DNA from: Octopus vulgaris
Taxonomy: Eukaryota
DNA length: 64,000 nucleotides
Assembly: GCA_951406725.2 (NCBI GenBank)
Contig: OX597821.1
Location: 15,128,001 to 15,192,000 of the forward strand
Reading direction: 5' to 3'
In this document: piece after piece, positions 31,021 to 44,742 of the stretch
Layout of the letters: the number at the start of each line of letters is the position of its first letter
How positions within the stretch are numbered: the first letter of the stretch is position 1
Program-made: the position numbers and the translations under genes
The notes under the pieces: generated by a model
Told to the model about the DNA's origin: nothing
Databases searched by the model: none
What the model saw: only the letters and a program-made list of their open reading frames with translations

Positions 31021-31240
31021 TATTTCTTTACTGCCCAGAAGGGGCTAAACATAGAGGGGACAAACAAGGACAGACGAAGGGATTGAGTCGATTATATCGA
31101 CCTCAGTGCGAAACTGGTACTTTATTTATCGATCCCGAAAGGATGAAAGGCAAAGTTGACCTCGGCGGAATTTGAACTCAGAACATAACGACAGACGAAA
31201 ATACCACTAAGCATTTCGCCCAGCGCGCTAACGTGTCTGC

Positions 31241-31241
<1 letters not shown>
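31021..31241 (-). mobile_element. SINE group A, low divergence
   Basis: Reverse complement of 9908-10118 and 1611-1795. Confidence 0.9.
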
Positions 31242-31270
<29 letters not shown>

Positions 31271-31291
<21 letters not shown>

Positions 31292-31530
31292 GTTTCTTTA
31301 TTGGCCACACAGGGCTGCACACAGATGGGACAAGTTACAAGGTAGAGCTTTTCTTTTGGGGGATGAAAAAAACAAAAAAACGAAAGAAACAAAAAAAGGG
31401 GGTGGCGTAGGTTTTCGATCAAGAGGGATCGTAAAAGGGAAGAAAAGAACAAAAAAAAAAATAATAATAAAAAAATAAAAAAAGAAGAAAAGGAAAAGGA
31501 ACAAAAGAAAAGAGAAATGAAAAAAAGAAA
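31271..31530 (-). mobile_element. Probable 3' UTR of a non-LTR retrotransposon (Tx1/L1-like by inference) inserted in (TAGA)n
   Basis: Pyrimidine-rich minus strand ending CAGCCCTGTGTGGCCAATAAAGAAA; (TAGA)n on both sides. No ORF present, so the clade is not shown. Confidence 0.55.
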
Positions 31531-31635
31531 AATAGATAGACAGATAGATAGATAGATAGATAGACTGATGGATAGATACTGATAGATAGATAGATAGACT
31601 GATGGATAGATAGATAGACTGATGGATAGATAGAC

Positions 31636-31690
<55 letters not shown>

Positions 31691-31999
31691 AAGAGAGAGA
31701 AAGTGAATGAGAGATTACGAGAGAAACGGAAAAGGAAAAAGAGAGCGAAGTGAGACTGTGATGAGAGATATATAAATATATATCAAGTACCATTTTGTCT
31801 GAATCTATTTATGGTGTTGTGGCTTGTTTGTGTAGGCATCAAGTATGTCTATATTCAAAGGAATTATGATTATTTTTTTGTAATCTCTGCAACATGTTTA
31901 CAATATGAATAAAATCTTAGAACATTGTAACAGTGTTTTCTATTAATTTTAAAATATCTCCTTGAGGAATACCAACATTAGAAAAATGAATACAAGTGT

Positions 32000-32040
<41 letters not shown>

Positions 32041-32444
32041 TGAGAGAGAGAGTGAGAGAGAGAGAGATAGTGTGTGTGTGTATGTGTATGCGTGCGTGTG
32101 ATTGTGGAAATATATTAGTGGAAATATATTCCAAAGGGAATATTTAAACAGTAAGATTCACCATGAAATATAAATGTACTATTGAAGTTTGAAATGCACA
32201 AATCCAGAGTAAAACAAATGAAAATTACAGTATAAAAGCAGCTGTGAAGCTTTGCACTCTATATACTTAAGTACATTTGTAAAATTAATTAAGCAACTTA
32301 CTCACTAATCTGTTGCTGAAATAAACTATTTGACAGGGGATTATGTGAACCTGTATATATATATAATTTAATTTTGTATTTGATAGCTGATGAAATGGCA
32401 AAAAACACAAAGTATTCAGGTGCTGAGAAGAATGATAATTAAAT

Positions 32445-33735
32445 CCACAGAATCGTTACAAGCTTGTAGAAACTGATTTTCGTTATTAGTACCTGGTTTT
32501 TATGTTCAAGTTCGTAACACGCCAAGGTGATCTTTGCATTTCTTCATTTCAAAATCGATACAATAAAGTGTAAGTGACATAGCGAATAGATTGTATCGGC
32601 TAATTCACTCACACAAATTTCCGTATGTCAGAAATAATTATTTTCTGTTCAGAATACTGGCTTACCCCAATCGTAAGGGCGTCATACAAGATGTATTGCT
32701 GCATTTATTCTGGCTCTCTGTGTTCTGAGTTCGGTTCCAGTCAATGTCAGCCTTACTTTTTATCATTTCTGGGTCTTTAAAATACTGTGCAAAGGAAATA
32801 CTTGAATCGATATAATCGAATGGTGTCCTTTCCCAAATTACATGACTCGTTTCTAACTCCACCTATAAGTTATCTTGGTTTCAGATACATTCATTTGGAT
32901 ACTTTCCTTATCTCTATGCAATTACATACATACATACATACATACATGCATGCATGCAATTATAACTGTAACGCAGACATGGTCTACTTTGTTCTCATCC
33001 TTTGGGAATCGACGAAATAAGTACCAGTTCACCACAAATGTTGATGGAATCAAATAGCCCCTCCCACAATATTTCAGGCCTTGTGCCTATAGTAGAAAGG
33101 ATTATTGTTATTATGAAAGTAAAGGAGACGAGTTTGCAGATCGTTAGCTCACCGAGCAAAATTCTTAGCGATATTTCGCCCGTCTTTACGTTCTGAGTTC
33201 AAATTCCGTCGAAGTTGACTTTGTCTTTCATCCTTTCGGGGTCAATAGATTAAGTACCAGTCAAGTACTTCGCTCGATGTGACTGATGTACCTTCTCACA
33301 TTATAGTAAATGTGGTGAGCTGGCATAATCTTTATCAAGTTGGACGAAAAGCGTGTTGACATTTAGTGTTTCGAACACTCACCCAAAGGGAATATTTAAA
33401 CAGTAAGATTCACCATGCGTATCCTTCAACTAAATCATGTGAGTTAGTATAAAAAATAAAATATAAATATACTATTGACGCTTGAAATGCACAAATCCAG
33501 AGTAAAACAAATGAAAAGTACAGTATAAAAGCAGCTGTGAAGCTTAAGTACATTTAAAAAATTAATTAAGCAACTTACTCATATTCTACGTAATGGGTTC
33601 TAATTCAACGTGGCCAAAATGCCTTTCAATATTCCGAGATCGATAAAATATCGTACCTGTCGAACACTGGGTTCAATTAATCGGCTAATGCCATCTACAT
33701 AAAATTGCTGTTCTTGTTCCATAGTTAGAAATAAT
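32445..33735 (+). mobile_element. Cluster of about five co-oriented SINE group A copies; the last is interrupted by a local duplication
   Basis: Repeated GAGTTC(A/G), CATCCTTT.GGG..TCGA and AGTACCAG motifs near 32510, 32730, 33000, 33200 and 33600. Confidence 0.75.
33383..33581 (+). repeat. Direct copy of 32131-32304
   Basis: CCAAAGGGAATATTTAAACAGTAAGATTCACCATG..TGAAATGCACAAATCCAGAGTAAAACAAATGAAAA..AGCAACTTACTCA in both, with reciprocal indels. Confidence 0.93.
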
Positions 33736-34293
33736 ATCATAACGATTAAGTTAGGGCAGCTGCGGGTGAAATATTTTTGATCATGTTATTCTACCAACTT
33801 CCAAAACTTTTGGGAAAACGTCCATGCTCCTGCTTTACAACATTGTATATCTGGTAATGCCGAGCATAATTTATAAGATAAACACACATTCAGCGAACCT
33901 AATGAAAGACCTTAAGCCCGTTGTTGTCGACTTGTCTTTTATTTGAATAGATGCAACAAAATATTTCTCTTAAAACTAAGTCCTATTGTTATGAATATAA
34001 ATAATTAGAATTTTTCCCTTCTATCTCCCACCCTGCTGCTGCTTCTCCTCCTCCTTTTCCTGTATTTGTTTAATTCAACATTTAGCTTCGCTGGAAGGTA
34101 ACCGCAAAAGCAATTTCGTGTTCAGTAATGACACGCTTGCATGATTACTCTTCTAAGTATCACTTATTTCCTGTAGATATTTCATGCACTTACAGCCTTG
34201 GGAGAAAAAACAACACATTTGATTTCGCATTGATTAATTGCTATAAAAATGTATGTCAAGAGAAGAATCAATAAAGAAATTTTTTCAAATATA

Positions 34294-34760
34294 TTGGGTC
34301 ATTCAATAAATAATGCGTTTTTTTATACTTTTATTTTTCAAAATTAAGATACACAAAGTTCGTTTTTAATCTAAAATATACTCTCCATTTTTTACAATGC
34401 TCTTCCATCTATCCGGTAGACTTGCAAGGCCCCTCTTCCAAAATTCCCTTGTCCGTACGAAAAATACTCTTCCGGTATGTTCTGACATCGTCTACAAAAT
34501 TCATATTTTTTCCACCCAAATGATTTTGAAGACTGCAGAATAAATGATAATCAGATGGAGCAATCTCCGGTGAATATGGTAGGTAGGACACCGTTTCCCA
34601 TTCAAACTGCTCCAGCCTTTGAAATGTCATCCTCGCAGTATGTGGCTGAGAATTATCCTGATAGAAGAAAACCTTTCGTTTTGAAACAAAAAAATAGTCA
34701 CTTTTCTTCTAGCGTTGACTTAAATCACACAAGCTGCTCGCAGTAGATCTCCTTTGTAGT
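34294..34760 (-). mobile_element. Mariner (DD34D) transposon remnant: transposase C-terminus plus probable 3' TIR
   Basis: Translation EIYCEQL..KRKVFFYQDNSQPHTARMTFQRLEQFEWETVSYLPYSPEIAPSDYHLFCSLQNHL matches the HDNARPH and YSPDLAPSDYHLF motifs; stops and frameshifts; TA then TTGGGTCATTCAATAAATAATGCG at 34292. Confidence 0.9.
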
Positions 34761-35077
34761 AGCCTTTCCTGTTTGTTTTCACTGTCCTGTTTGTGTTACC
34801 AATTTTGACCATCTGCAAAATCCCAAATTTTATTTAATTTGCTTTGCGGGAGCAACTGTTTTATCGAAAGCGAGTCTTGTAAAATGCTCGAAATGTGAGA
34901 GTAGAAAAACGGGCAACAACTGATCAAGGGTCGTTTTTTGTGTTATTTGTCTTGTTTTCTTTCCATTTCTGTTTTTCGTTCTTCGAAAAATAGTTTATAT
35001 TCATGTACTCATATTCGTATTTTTTGTTGTACACGTTTCGTGATGTCCTCTGCCCACATATGCATGTATATAATTTG

Positions 35078-35136
<59 letters not shown>

Positions 35137-36169
35137 GTATATGCATATACATATATACATATTGGTATGTAGCTAATGTGTAAGTTGTATGTTTGTGTGT
35201 ATACACACACGCGCGCACACAAACACATTTACGCATGCGTGTGCGCACAGACTCGCACACACACACACATACACACACGTACGTATATCCACGCGTGTGT
35301 GTAATATTTATAGTTAATATCCATATACTTTTATCCCAGAATTCATTATTTCAACCAATTATTCTTTGAATTCTGTCTGATGATACTGTGGTGTTTCAAT
35401 ACCTTTGCTATAAGCGCCTATTGATTTTATATTCAGGTTTCAGATATACAAATGATGGTAATTTGTAAATTTCAATACTGATGAGTGTCGAGTAATTTTG
35501 GGAGTGTAGATGCAAACTCGGTGAGTTGCAAGATTCTCTCAGCAATGTTTTTCACAATGTTAATTGTATACTGGAAATTCTGATTATATCAACAATCAAT
35601 GTTAATTAAATTGGGACTATGAAGTATATTTTTATAGTTTTTTTTTAATGTTTCTATTTTGTGACAATTCAATTTTAATGTATTTAATTATTTGCCATCA
35701 GTTAAGCAGAAAAATATTGATCTCTTATTGTGAAACGACTTTGAAAAATTGAGATACTATCGATCGCTAGAGAACTATGTCTAGGACATTACTTAATTTA
35801 TCAAATTGTTCACTTAAGCAACATTATTAAACTTCGAGTGCAATATATATTGGAAAACCTGAGTATAAGTCACAAAGGAAATTCTAACAAAATTTCTCTC
35901 TCTAAAAAATAAGATTGAATGCTTAAGTTATGTTCTTTTGATCATATAGATTTATGATTCGTTAATAACTGTACTATAAAAAAACAATAACTTTAAACAT
36001 AACCATATCCTATTTATAATATTCATTATAGAATTTATATCCTTATTTAATCGTAATATCATTTAAGAAATGTAAGACTAAAATATGATTGCATTTACTT
36101 TTCCTGAGTTATTTTAGTCACCTACAGGTTATCAGAAGACAAGTTGTCAATATTTGAGTCTGTCACCTT

Positions 36170-36920
36170 TTACTTTAATGTTACCACCCCAGGTGACTTC
36201 CATATCGTTGGAGTTTTCCACAAATATCTTCCGCGGTGCCTTTTGTCACCTTCTCTTTTGTCTGCTGCATTCTACCATCCAGCATATATTATTAGTAATA
36301 TAGGCTGATCTATACTAAGGCTGATATACATCGTGCCCTATAAATCTTCTGTCCTTGGTAATGTTACGTAGTATCTAATGACCTGCTTACTCATCACTTC
36401 GTTGTGGGTAATGTGATCGCTCCTCTAAATTACAATTACAAACTGAATCCATCACCAATGAAAAACATTCAGCTTATTATATGCGCTGGCTGAACTTTTC
36501 TATGCCTCAAGTGCATAGTTTACTTTTGATATTGCGATGGATCTATAGAGGGAAAACTTATGGTCATTATTGATGGACTGCTTATGCCGCACGGGATTAT
36601 AGCGGATTGCTAATTGATTAAAATTTTGCATATCCATTAAAGAATATATTTTTGATGTTAGTCGAGTGAGGAAAGATCCATTAAATTTTTGCAGCCTTTT
36701 TAAGAGTGTAAGGAGAATATGGTAGAAGAAGCCATCCATGCTTCAATTAGAAGCAGTACAACGAAATATGGAATTACACTCCCTCATTCAAAAGAGCTGG
36801 TTTTAAACCAGCACATTATATCCACTAAACGCACTTAAGGTGGTGGTAGAGGTGACAATGGTTTAAATATATGCCGCAATTTCCAAAATGATGGAACAAA
36901 GGATTTCCTGAGTTTAATTC
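36170..36920 (-). mobile_element. Old decayed RTE-clade LINE ORF2 (second family)
   Basis: Broken frames read KFSLYRSIAISKVNYALEA*K, KLNVFH, DHITHNEV, DRRFIGH, KIFVENSNDMEVTW, in the order of RTE motifs KLRLY..LY.CETW, LNVFHQRCLR, DHITNEEV, RRLRF.GH. Confidence 0.65.
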
Positions 36921-37534
36921 TTTCGACTTGTCCCATTTATACACCAACTGTAATTTCCGACAGAGAACAATCGACTTCATTGATAATTTATTAGTTCACA
37001 ATCACCATAAAAATGCATGTTAAATAACAGTTCAATACGATCAATTTAACGGTTTGGAGATGGTGACTCATGGCTTCTTATTCAGATTTATATTGTTGTG
37101 GGTTCAATTCACAGAATTCACTAAGATTCACTCTTGATAACTAAAATTACCATCATTCGAAGAGCTTGATCATATATATATATATACATGTGTGTGCGTG
37201 CGCGCGCGTGTGTGGGTGGATGTGTGGGGATGTAATCGATAAAGTGTAGTATCTTACCATTCAAATGTTGGGAGAATTAAATATGTTATCAAACTCATTT
37301 ATCTCGCAGAGGGAAAGGAAGTTTCTTATAGACAAAAACTATTCGCACATAAATGACAGGATATACGCATAGTTAAAAGAATAATAATGTACAAATACAC
37401 AAGAATATATATATATATATATATATATGATATACATTCATACAGGTATATATATATATCTACACAATATCATATATAATAATAAACATACGCACGTCTA
37501 TCTATCTATCTGTCTATATATATATGTATACACA

Positions 37535-37606
<72 letters not shown>

Positions 37607-38488
37607 GGCATGGCTTTATTGAATCATAGAATCTTCTTATCAGTTCTCTAACTTCATGGAAGCATTTATCTCTACATCCTACCGATCGATAGATCCTTAA
37701 AAGCCTCCAGACGTCCACATATGCTAACGTATATCAAGATCTACCGATTCCACGAAATTGTGCGATATTTTAATTATAACTTATAAATTTTCATTTTCCA
37801 TTCAGGTCCTATATTTTTCTGTCGAATATTCTGTGTATCTATGAAAATATGATTATGAAGGTAATAGTCTTTCATTTTAAATTTTTGTAAATTAAATTTC
37901 TAAGAAATAACCAGATATAAATGAAATAGAAACATATTTAAATATAAAATGAAAAAAATAATTAATGAATATCGAACTCTTTGATAAACATGGCTCATTT
38001 CATTGAAAATTGAAAACGTTTCCCTATCAAGAGAAAATGAAAACATGACGATAAAGTCAAATAAATACCCAGCAGAACGTTGTTCATGTTATAACCACAG
38101 GCTTATACAACGAACTGAAGATGATAAAAAAATGAAGAAAATTCCTTATGATAATTTTGTAATAGAATCATTTGGTAACGGGGAAAGTTTATGGTTAAAA
38201 TGGTGGCAGCAGTGATAGCGGTATACATTAGCGTTTTCAATGGTAATGGTGGTGTAGAGCAATGTTGAGTTGTAAGTTCAAGTTTATCGTAGTGGTTGTT
38301 TGTGGTAATGTGTAATTTTCATTAGCATGGTAATAATTAATATTAGTGGTATTTTGTACGTTGTTATTATTGCATTGTTATTGTTGCGTTGTTATTACTG
38401 CGTTTTTATCCCAGCTACTTTTGAGGGTGGTGCTACCATAGCAATGAATTGCTGGTGGTGCTAAAGGAAAGGTTGTGATAACTTGTTT

Positions 38489-38547
<59 letters not shown>

Positions 38548-38549
38548 CT

Positions 38550-39030
38550 ATGCATATCATTGTGATAACGACGATGATGATGACCGACAATAATAATGAT
38601 GTGAATGATATTGGTGAAAGGGAAGAAGGAAAAATGATGATGATGATTAAGATGCTATTGATGATGGTGATGACCAGGACAACGACCTTAGCAGTATTGG
38701 TGGAAATGACAATGATCTTAATCGGACGAATTCAATGTTGTTATGACCCACAATGGTGACGCTGTAATGGAAGAGGATATGACGATGACGATGTTATGGA
38801 TGATGATGATGGTGATGACGACGAAGATGGTAGGGATGTTGACGAAGACGACGTCAATGATGTTAAAAATGATGATGATTATTACATTGATGAGAATGAG
38901 GGTAAGGACGTCGAAGATGTTATGGTAATGATGACGGTGATGAAGATAAGGAGGGGAAGAGTAGGATGAGGATAATAATGTCGAATATGTTGAAAACGAT
39001 GACAGCGATGATGGGAGTGAGAGTGGTGTT
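38550..39030. repeat. Degenerate (GAT/GAC)n low-complexity tract
   Basis: Directly visible; source of the poly-M and poly-I ORFs. Confidence 0.85.
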
Positions 39031-40199
39031 GGCAGCACTTATTGGTGATAGGGTGAACAAAGGAGATGAGATTTAGAACGAGAATGGCCGTTAACTGTAA
39101 TGTATTAAGAAAGAGAAACAACCTGTTCAAAGTGGAATATTGAATGTAGGACGGAGTTTGATGATATTCTATCAGGAATGGCTCTATAGACACAAAACAT
39201 TAGAGTAGCAACCATTGTTTAGCTTTCTTATACAAAGCAGCTGCAAGTTATTGTGAACAGAATAATCCCAAATGGATGTGCACAAACACACATACACAAA
39301 CACACACACCCACACACATGCACTCGTACAAATATAGCCACGAATGCACGCACACGCATAAATATACATAGATATATATGTATATGTAGACACGCCATAT
39401 ATGTGTGCAAACGCCGACGCATATGTGCATATAAGCAAGTGGTTCTTTTCTTTCATGCGGCCTTTGGGTTTTTGTGCTCTTCAGTATGTATTCTTCCATA
39501 TTAACTGTTATACACAAATACATTTCATTCAATGTGGAATTTCAATATTATCTCACTGAGGGGGATATGGAAGTGCAGGTTCATATATACATACACATGC
39601 GATAAAAAAATAGAGTATCAATTAAATAAGAATATAGTATGTCATACATACACATAATTATCCATCGCACAACCCGTTCAGATTATCATATTTAGATATT
39701 ACATGTATATGCATTTTTCGACACATATTTTACACACGCCTTCATCGATCCACAATGAGATGCCTATATAATAGCGCCAATTGCTGGAAATTGCACTCAA
39801 ATATCTCTCAAATCTTACCCTGCTCTCCTAAAGATAGAATATAGAAAATAGACATACAGAATAATGTAATCTTAGATATATTGTGCCCGCCACATAAAAG
39901 AGTGAAATACGTTTGATCACAGGCTTGTCAGATCACTGTGATTCTAAGTTACACATTAACAATTCAAGTAAATACATATAAATTCATGTCTAATAACCAG
40001 CTATTTTATAAAGTACACACTTTCACATGAGCACCCACAAACACTTGTATATGATTTGATTAATAACGTTTCAATTGGCTCCGTGCAACTCGAAGAACAA
40101 ATTTAGCACGTCAAGCATTAGGAGATCAAATAATAGGAAAATTAATTAAAGATAACACACGGTTGTTAGGTCTGTATTATCATCGCCGATTCCATGGTG

Positions 40200-41090
40200 T
40201 CATTGGCTCTGAGGTTCACTCGCGGTCAAACAGAAAGATGACGCCGCTATTTCTGGAGACTGCAATATTGTTTATTTAGCAACATCAGTTCGCTGTAGTG
40301 TCGCGGGCTAGTGGAGGACAGACACAATGCGGGGGACAGCATTTCGTGGGAATAACCTGATTGGTGGTTCTGGATTAAAATTTGGTGATTCATGGTTGGA
40401 CTGTCAGCATGGATGGGATTGTAGTCAATATGTTGGGAGGGAATAAGTGCCATGCTATTGAGTATGGATCAGCCGAACCTAAGGTAGTATGTTTGGATTG
40501 TCCGCTGATAGTTGTTTGAAGTTCATTAAGAGGGCATACCTTAGTAGCAAAAATAAGTTCATTCTTCCTCTTGATTATACTGCGGGTTGGTACAGTATGT
40601 GTGATCTCTCTTTGAGGTAGAATTGGTAATTGCGAACTCCAAGTGAATACGGAAGGTCTTACTAATAATATTCCAGTAATTGGCGAAGTCTGTCTGGTTG
40701 TTGCAGTGTCTCGAGTTAAAACGGGACAGAGGCGATGGAGTTTTACCAAATCCTACACTTGAAAGCGTGCATATGCTATGTATACCTTCTCTTGGATTCA
40801 CTGACGTAATGCCTGTGTAGTATTCGTGATGTCATCGGATATTGTAAGGGTTTAACTATACACCACAGCCTTTGAGAGGCAGGGTTCTCACAGTCGGCAG
40901 TCAGTAGGATTTCAGCAGATGCAGAATTGGGTGTGTATCGGAAGCTGTGTAGATGCGTGTATGCGTGCATTGTAGCGTGTGAAGTGATTTCGTCTAAGAA
41001 TGAGTAACTGATCATGACGTTGTAGTGGATGAAAATGTCATAATATTTAGAGTTTCTTGGGTGCTGTTCCTTAACTAGCATCAAGAAGCT
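40200..41090 (-). mobile_element. Heavily decayed non-LTR retrotransposon ORF2, I/Nimb/Ingi-like
   Basis: GC-richer block. Fragments DFANYWNIIS; PLNELQTTI..KHTTLGSADPYS..HL.PPNILT (compare EL..AI..APGPD.I.Y.MLKHLP); IPTKC; ELMLLNKQ; frameshifted K..GVIF/FDRE (compare KYLGVIFDR). The RT core appears deleted. Confidence 0.5.
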
Positions 41091-41321
41091 CCTAACTATG
41101 TTGCTTGAAACTTCTAGGTTAAATAGACATTGAAGCGCATTACCTTCGTCCTTCTGGCTTAATTCCGATTCGGGACCGAAAGTGGGATGTCCCCCATATA
41201 CACACTAACTTTTCAAAGGCGCTTCATTATAATGGGAAGCGGTCCAGTTGAATATCTCTATATCTACCGATAACTTAATGAGTCTTCTACTCATGCCTGT
41301 AGCCTCTCACTGATCTCTCTC

Positions 41322-41389
<68 letters not shown>

Positions 41390-41514
41390 CACACATATAC
41401 ATATACACACATACATACATACATACAGTGTATATATATATATATATCCATTCATATACATATATATATATACATACGTGCATACATACACACGCACAAT
41501 ATACATGTATGTAT

Positions 41515-41566
<52 letters not shown>

Positions 41567-43349
41567 CATTTCTTTCATACATTATCACTCGTTAACTATC
41601 TATGATTAAAAATCCTCCAAAACCTATATTCGACACTCGGCAGCAAATTGATATGTATTGTACATACTTGTTTTCACTAACGCTATAATACGCCTATGAA
41701 TTACCGAACAGATATATGCAAGATTCCAGCCTTCCAATTATTGTCTCTGGGTATAACCAGATAACCAGGATGTAACAACAGGGAGAGAAAGCTGCACCGG
41801 AAATGTACTGGTATGCTTTTTCTTTTGTGTAAAGTGTTGAGCACTTCCCTAAACACGATGTCACAACAAAACTTAAATGGGTTTAAAACAATATCCCTCG
41901 ATACATACACATATAAGCACAACCAGAGATCTATAATGGTAAACTACAAATGTGATCTATTTCCTTCATCAAGTATCTTGTCCCTGTATCATCAATTCTG
42001 TTTATACCATTATATTGTATTACACACACATACTCTGTGCGCGCACACAAGCTCATACAAGCATTACATCCTGTACACGGATGCAAAATTAAAATATAAA
42101 AACAACGTAACAGTCATTATCTTACATACATTACAGCAAAGTTATTAAATTCTTCAGAGTTTCTACAGAATATTATAAATATTGCCTCATCAAGGAAAGA
42201 ATGGCTTATTTCAGCAGATATTAGATACGATCAATACACCGTTTAACCAGCTTAGGGTAACAGTTACCCTTCATACTTCACTTATTTCTTTTTTATGCCT
42301 GCTGGATATGTTATTAGAGAAGCTAACACGAATCTAAATATTAATGTTTGATCAGCAAAGATGATCAGTTCAACTATTCAGCGTGTTTGTTGTTAATGCA
42401 CGAATATTCTTCGAGCGATGTGTCTATTTACACTCTAGTTTGTACAATATGGCTCCTAAATTCTCTCACTGTCTCTCTGTCTCTGGCTCTCTCTCTCTCT
42501 CTGTCTCTCTCTACCTATCACTCAATCTCCCTTTGAAATACACGTAACCCACAAGTACATATGAACATACATATATAAGCATATGCATGGAAATGTGTAT
42601 GCATGAATGTATGTATGTATGTATGTATGTATGTATGTATGTATGTATGTATGTGTGTATTATGTATGCATGTATCTATGAAACACAAGCACTCTCTCTC
42701 TCTCTCTCTGCCTATTTCTCCCACTCTCTCTCTCTCTCCATATATATATATATATATATATATATGAAGTAGGCGGTCCTTTGTGTATGTTATATCATAT
42801 AATTTGTTTGCGAGCATGTGTAAGATCCTCAGAAGTTGTACATTAAGAAATCATTGTATCTTTTGGTTTATTGAACAACATAAAGCGCACAGTTGGGACA
42901 TATATGAGGAAATAGTTCAATTAAAATTTTTGTTATATTGCTAACCCAGTCTATTTCTTATTCTTTCCTTCAAGAAATTACTTCGCAAGTAAATGTAAGT
43001 CAAAACAACACCAACAATCGTTTAATTGTGTCAGTCTCTGGGACGACACCTAGAATTTCCAAAGAAAATTCAATACGCAATGCTATAAGACAAAGCAAGG
43101 CATGCCGAATGAATATGGTGATGTGTTCCTATATATTTATCGAAAGACAGCGTAATATATTCTATTGGCAACGATAATGATCGCTGTAGTTATTGACACA
43201 ACTTATGAAAATATAAATGCATACTTGTTATCTCGCTCAAACATAAACTACACAGTTATACAGACGTAAAGAACAAAATAACGGACTCAGTCGTCAAGGA
43301 GGTACTCGTGACCTATTATATACGTGTGTGTGTGCGTTTGTATATGCAG

Positions 43350-43402
<53 letters not shown>

Positions 43403-43516
43403 TATACACATATATACACATATATACATTCATATATATATACATATGTATATAGTACTTAAGTTGAAGCACTAAGTGTCAGTCCGGTATTATCCCCACT
43501 ATTCGGAGTGAATAAA

Positions 43517-43864
43517 ATCGAAGTAAGCAACAGGATATTAAGTAGTGATGCAGTACGACCGTTTCAAGTGACTCCGTGAACAGTGCAATCATTGCATCAA
43601 TTTAAATGCAGGGCCATCCTCAGCTGTACAAATAAATAAATAAATAAATAGAATTTTAACCAGTCGGACACATTAATATAATTTGAAGTATTTGAGAAAA
43701 ATTATATTAATGTTTCCGAGTGGTTAAAATTGAATTTATTTATTTGTGCAACTGATGATGGCACTGCATTTAAATTAATGTAATGATTCCATTGATGAAT
43801 TAAATGGGGCCGCTTGAAACGGTCGTACTGCATCACTACTTGATATCCTGTTGCTTATTTTGAT
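43517..43864. mobile_element. Fold-back element (about 165-bp inverted arms, 13-bp spacer) with an HHR motif in each arm
   Basis: 43517-43684 is the reverse complement of 43698-43864. Plus HHR GTGCAA-CTGATGA-..-GAAA-CGGTCG-TA-CTGCAT at 43746-43833; minus HHR GTACAG-CTGAGGA-..-GAAA-CGGTCG-TA-CTGCAT. Confidence 0.78.
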
Positions 43865-44326
43865 ATACACACACACACTCACATATATAAGAAACAGGTT
43901 AAAATTTAAAAACTGAATAATCAGGTCAAGCTGCAGTTACATCTAATTTACAACAACTTGCTCTGAACATCATCCCATTTGTAACGACAAATGTAAATCT
44001 ATGAATGTTCATATACTGATATGAGCTTTCGTGATGTCTATTATATGAATAAAAGCAGTACCCTTTCACTCTCTAACATTACCCCCCCCCCCTTCAGTCA
44101 GCGATAGATATCATTTAAAATACACAGTATTCAAATATGAGCAACTACTCATTTCATGCCGTCGAAATACAATAATTCGATGGATTTATATAAACGTGCC
44201 TTGTGTCCCAAGCAATCCTTCAGGTTGAATACATCTTCATTGAATTTGAAGGATTGCTCGGAGATACAAGTTTCGTTACATAAATTTCTACGGAACGAAA
44301 CTATCTGTTGCTCACATTTAAATACC

Positions 44327-44377
<51 letters not shown>

Positions 44378-44381
<4 letters not shown>

Positions 44382-44676
44382 CGTGACCGACCAGGCTATC
44401 AGATGTTGCTACACATCACTGGTCACAATGCGCTTCGCATTGTTTTAGCCTTCAAAAGACGCCACCCCGCTGGCTAAGCGAGCAGGCCAACAGAAGAAAG
44501 AGTGAGAGAAAGATGTGGAGAAAGAGTACAGCAGGGATCACCACCACCCCTACCGGAGTCACGTGGAGTTTTAGGTGTTTTCGCTCAATGAACACTCACA
44601 ACGTCTGGTCTGGGAATCGAAACCGCGATCCTACAACCACGAGTCCGCTGCCCTAACCACTGGGCCATTGTGCCCC
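44378..44676 (-). mobile_element. SINE group C with the head and body of 9102 but a different 3' module
   Basis: Shares sequence to CTTTCTCT(C/A)ACTCTT(T/A)CTTC, then continues TGTTGGCCTGCTCGCTTAGCCAGCGGGG..GGTCGGTCACGGTGA into (TA)n. Confidence 0.88.
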
Positions 44677-44692
44677 CCCCACACACACACAT

Positions 44693-44742
<50 letters not shown>

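Noticed and set aside
35475-35530. Hammerhead-like CTGATGA-GTGTC..GATGC-AAAC-TCGGTGAG-TT
   Set aside because: G12 is missing and stem I does not pair; cannot be distinguished from chance. CTGATGA at 28161 and CTGAAGA at 39477 were rejected likewise.
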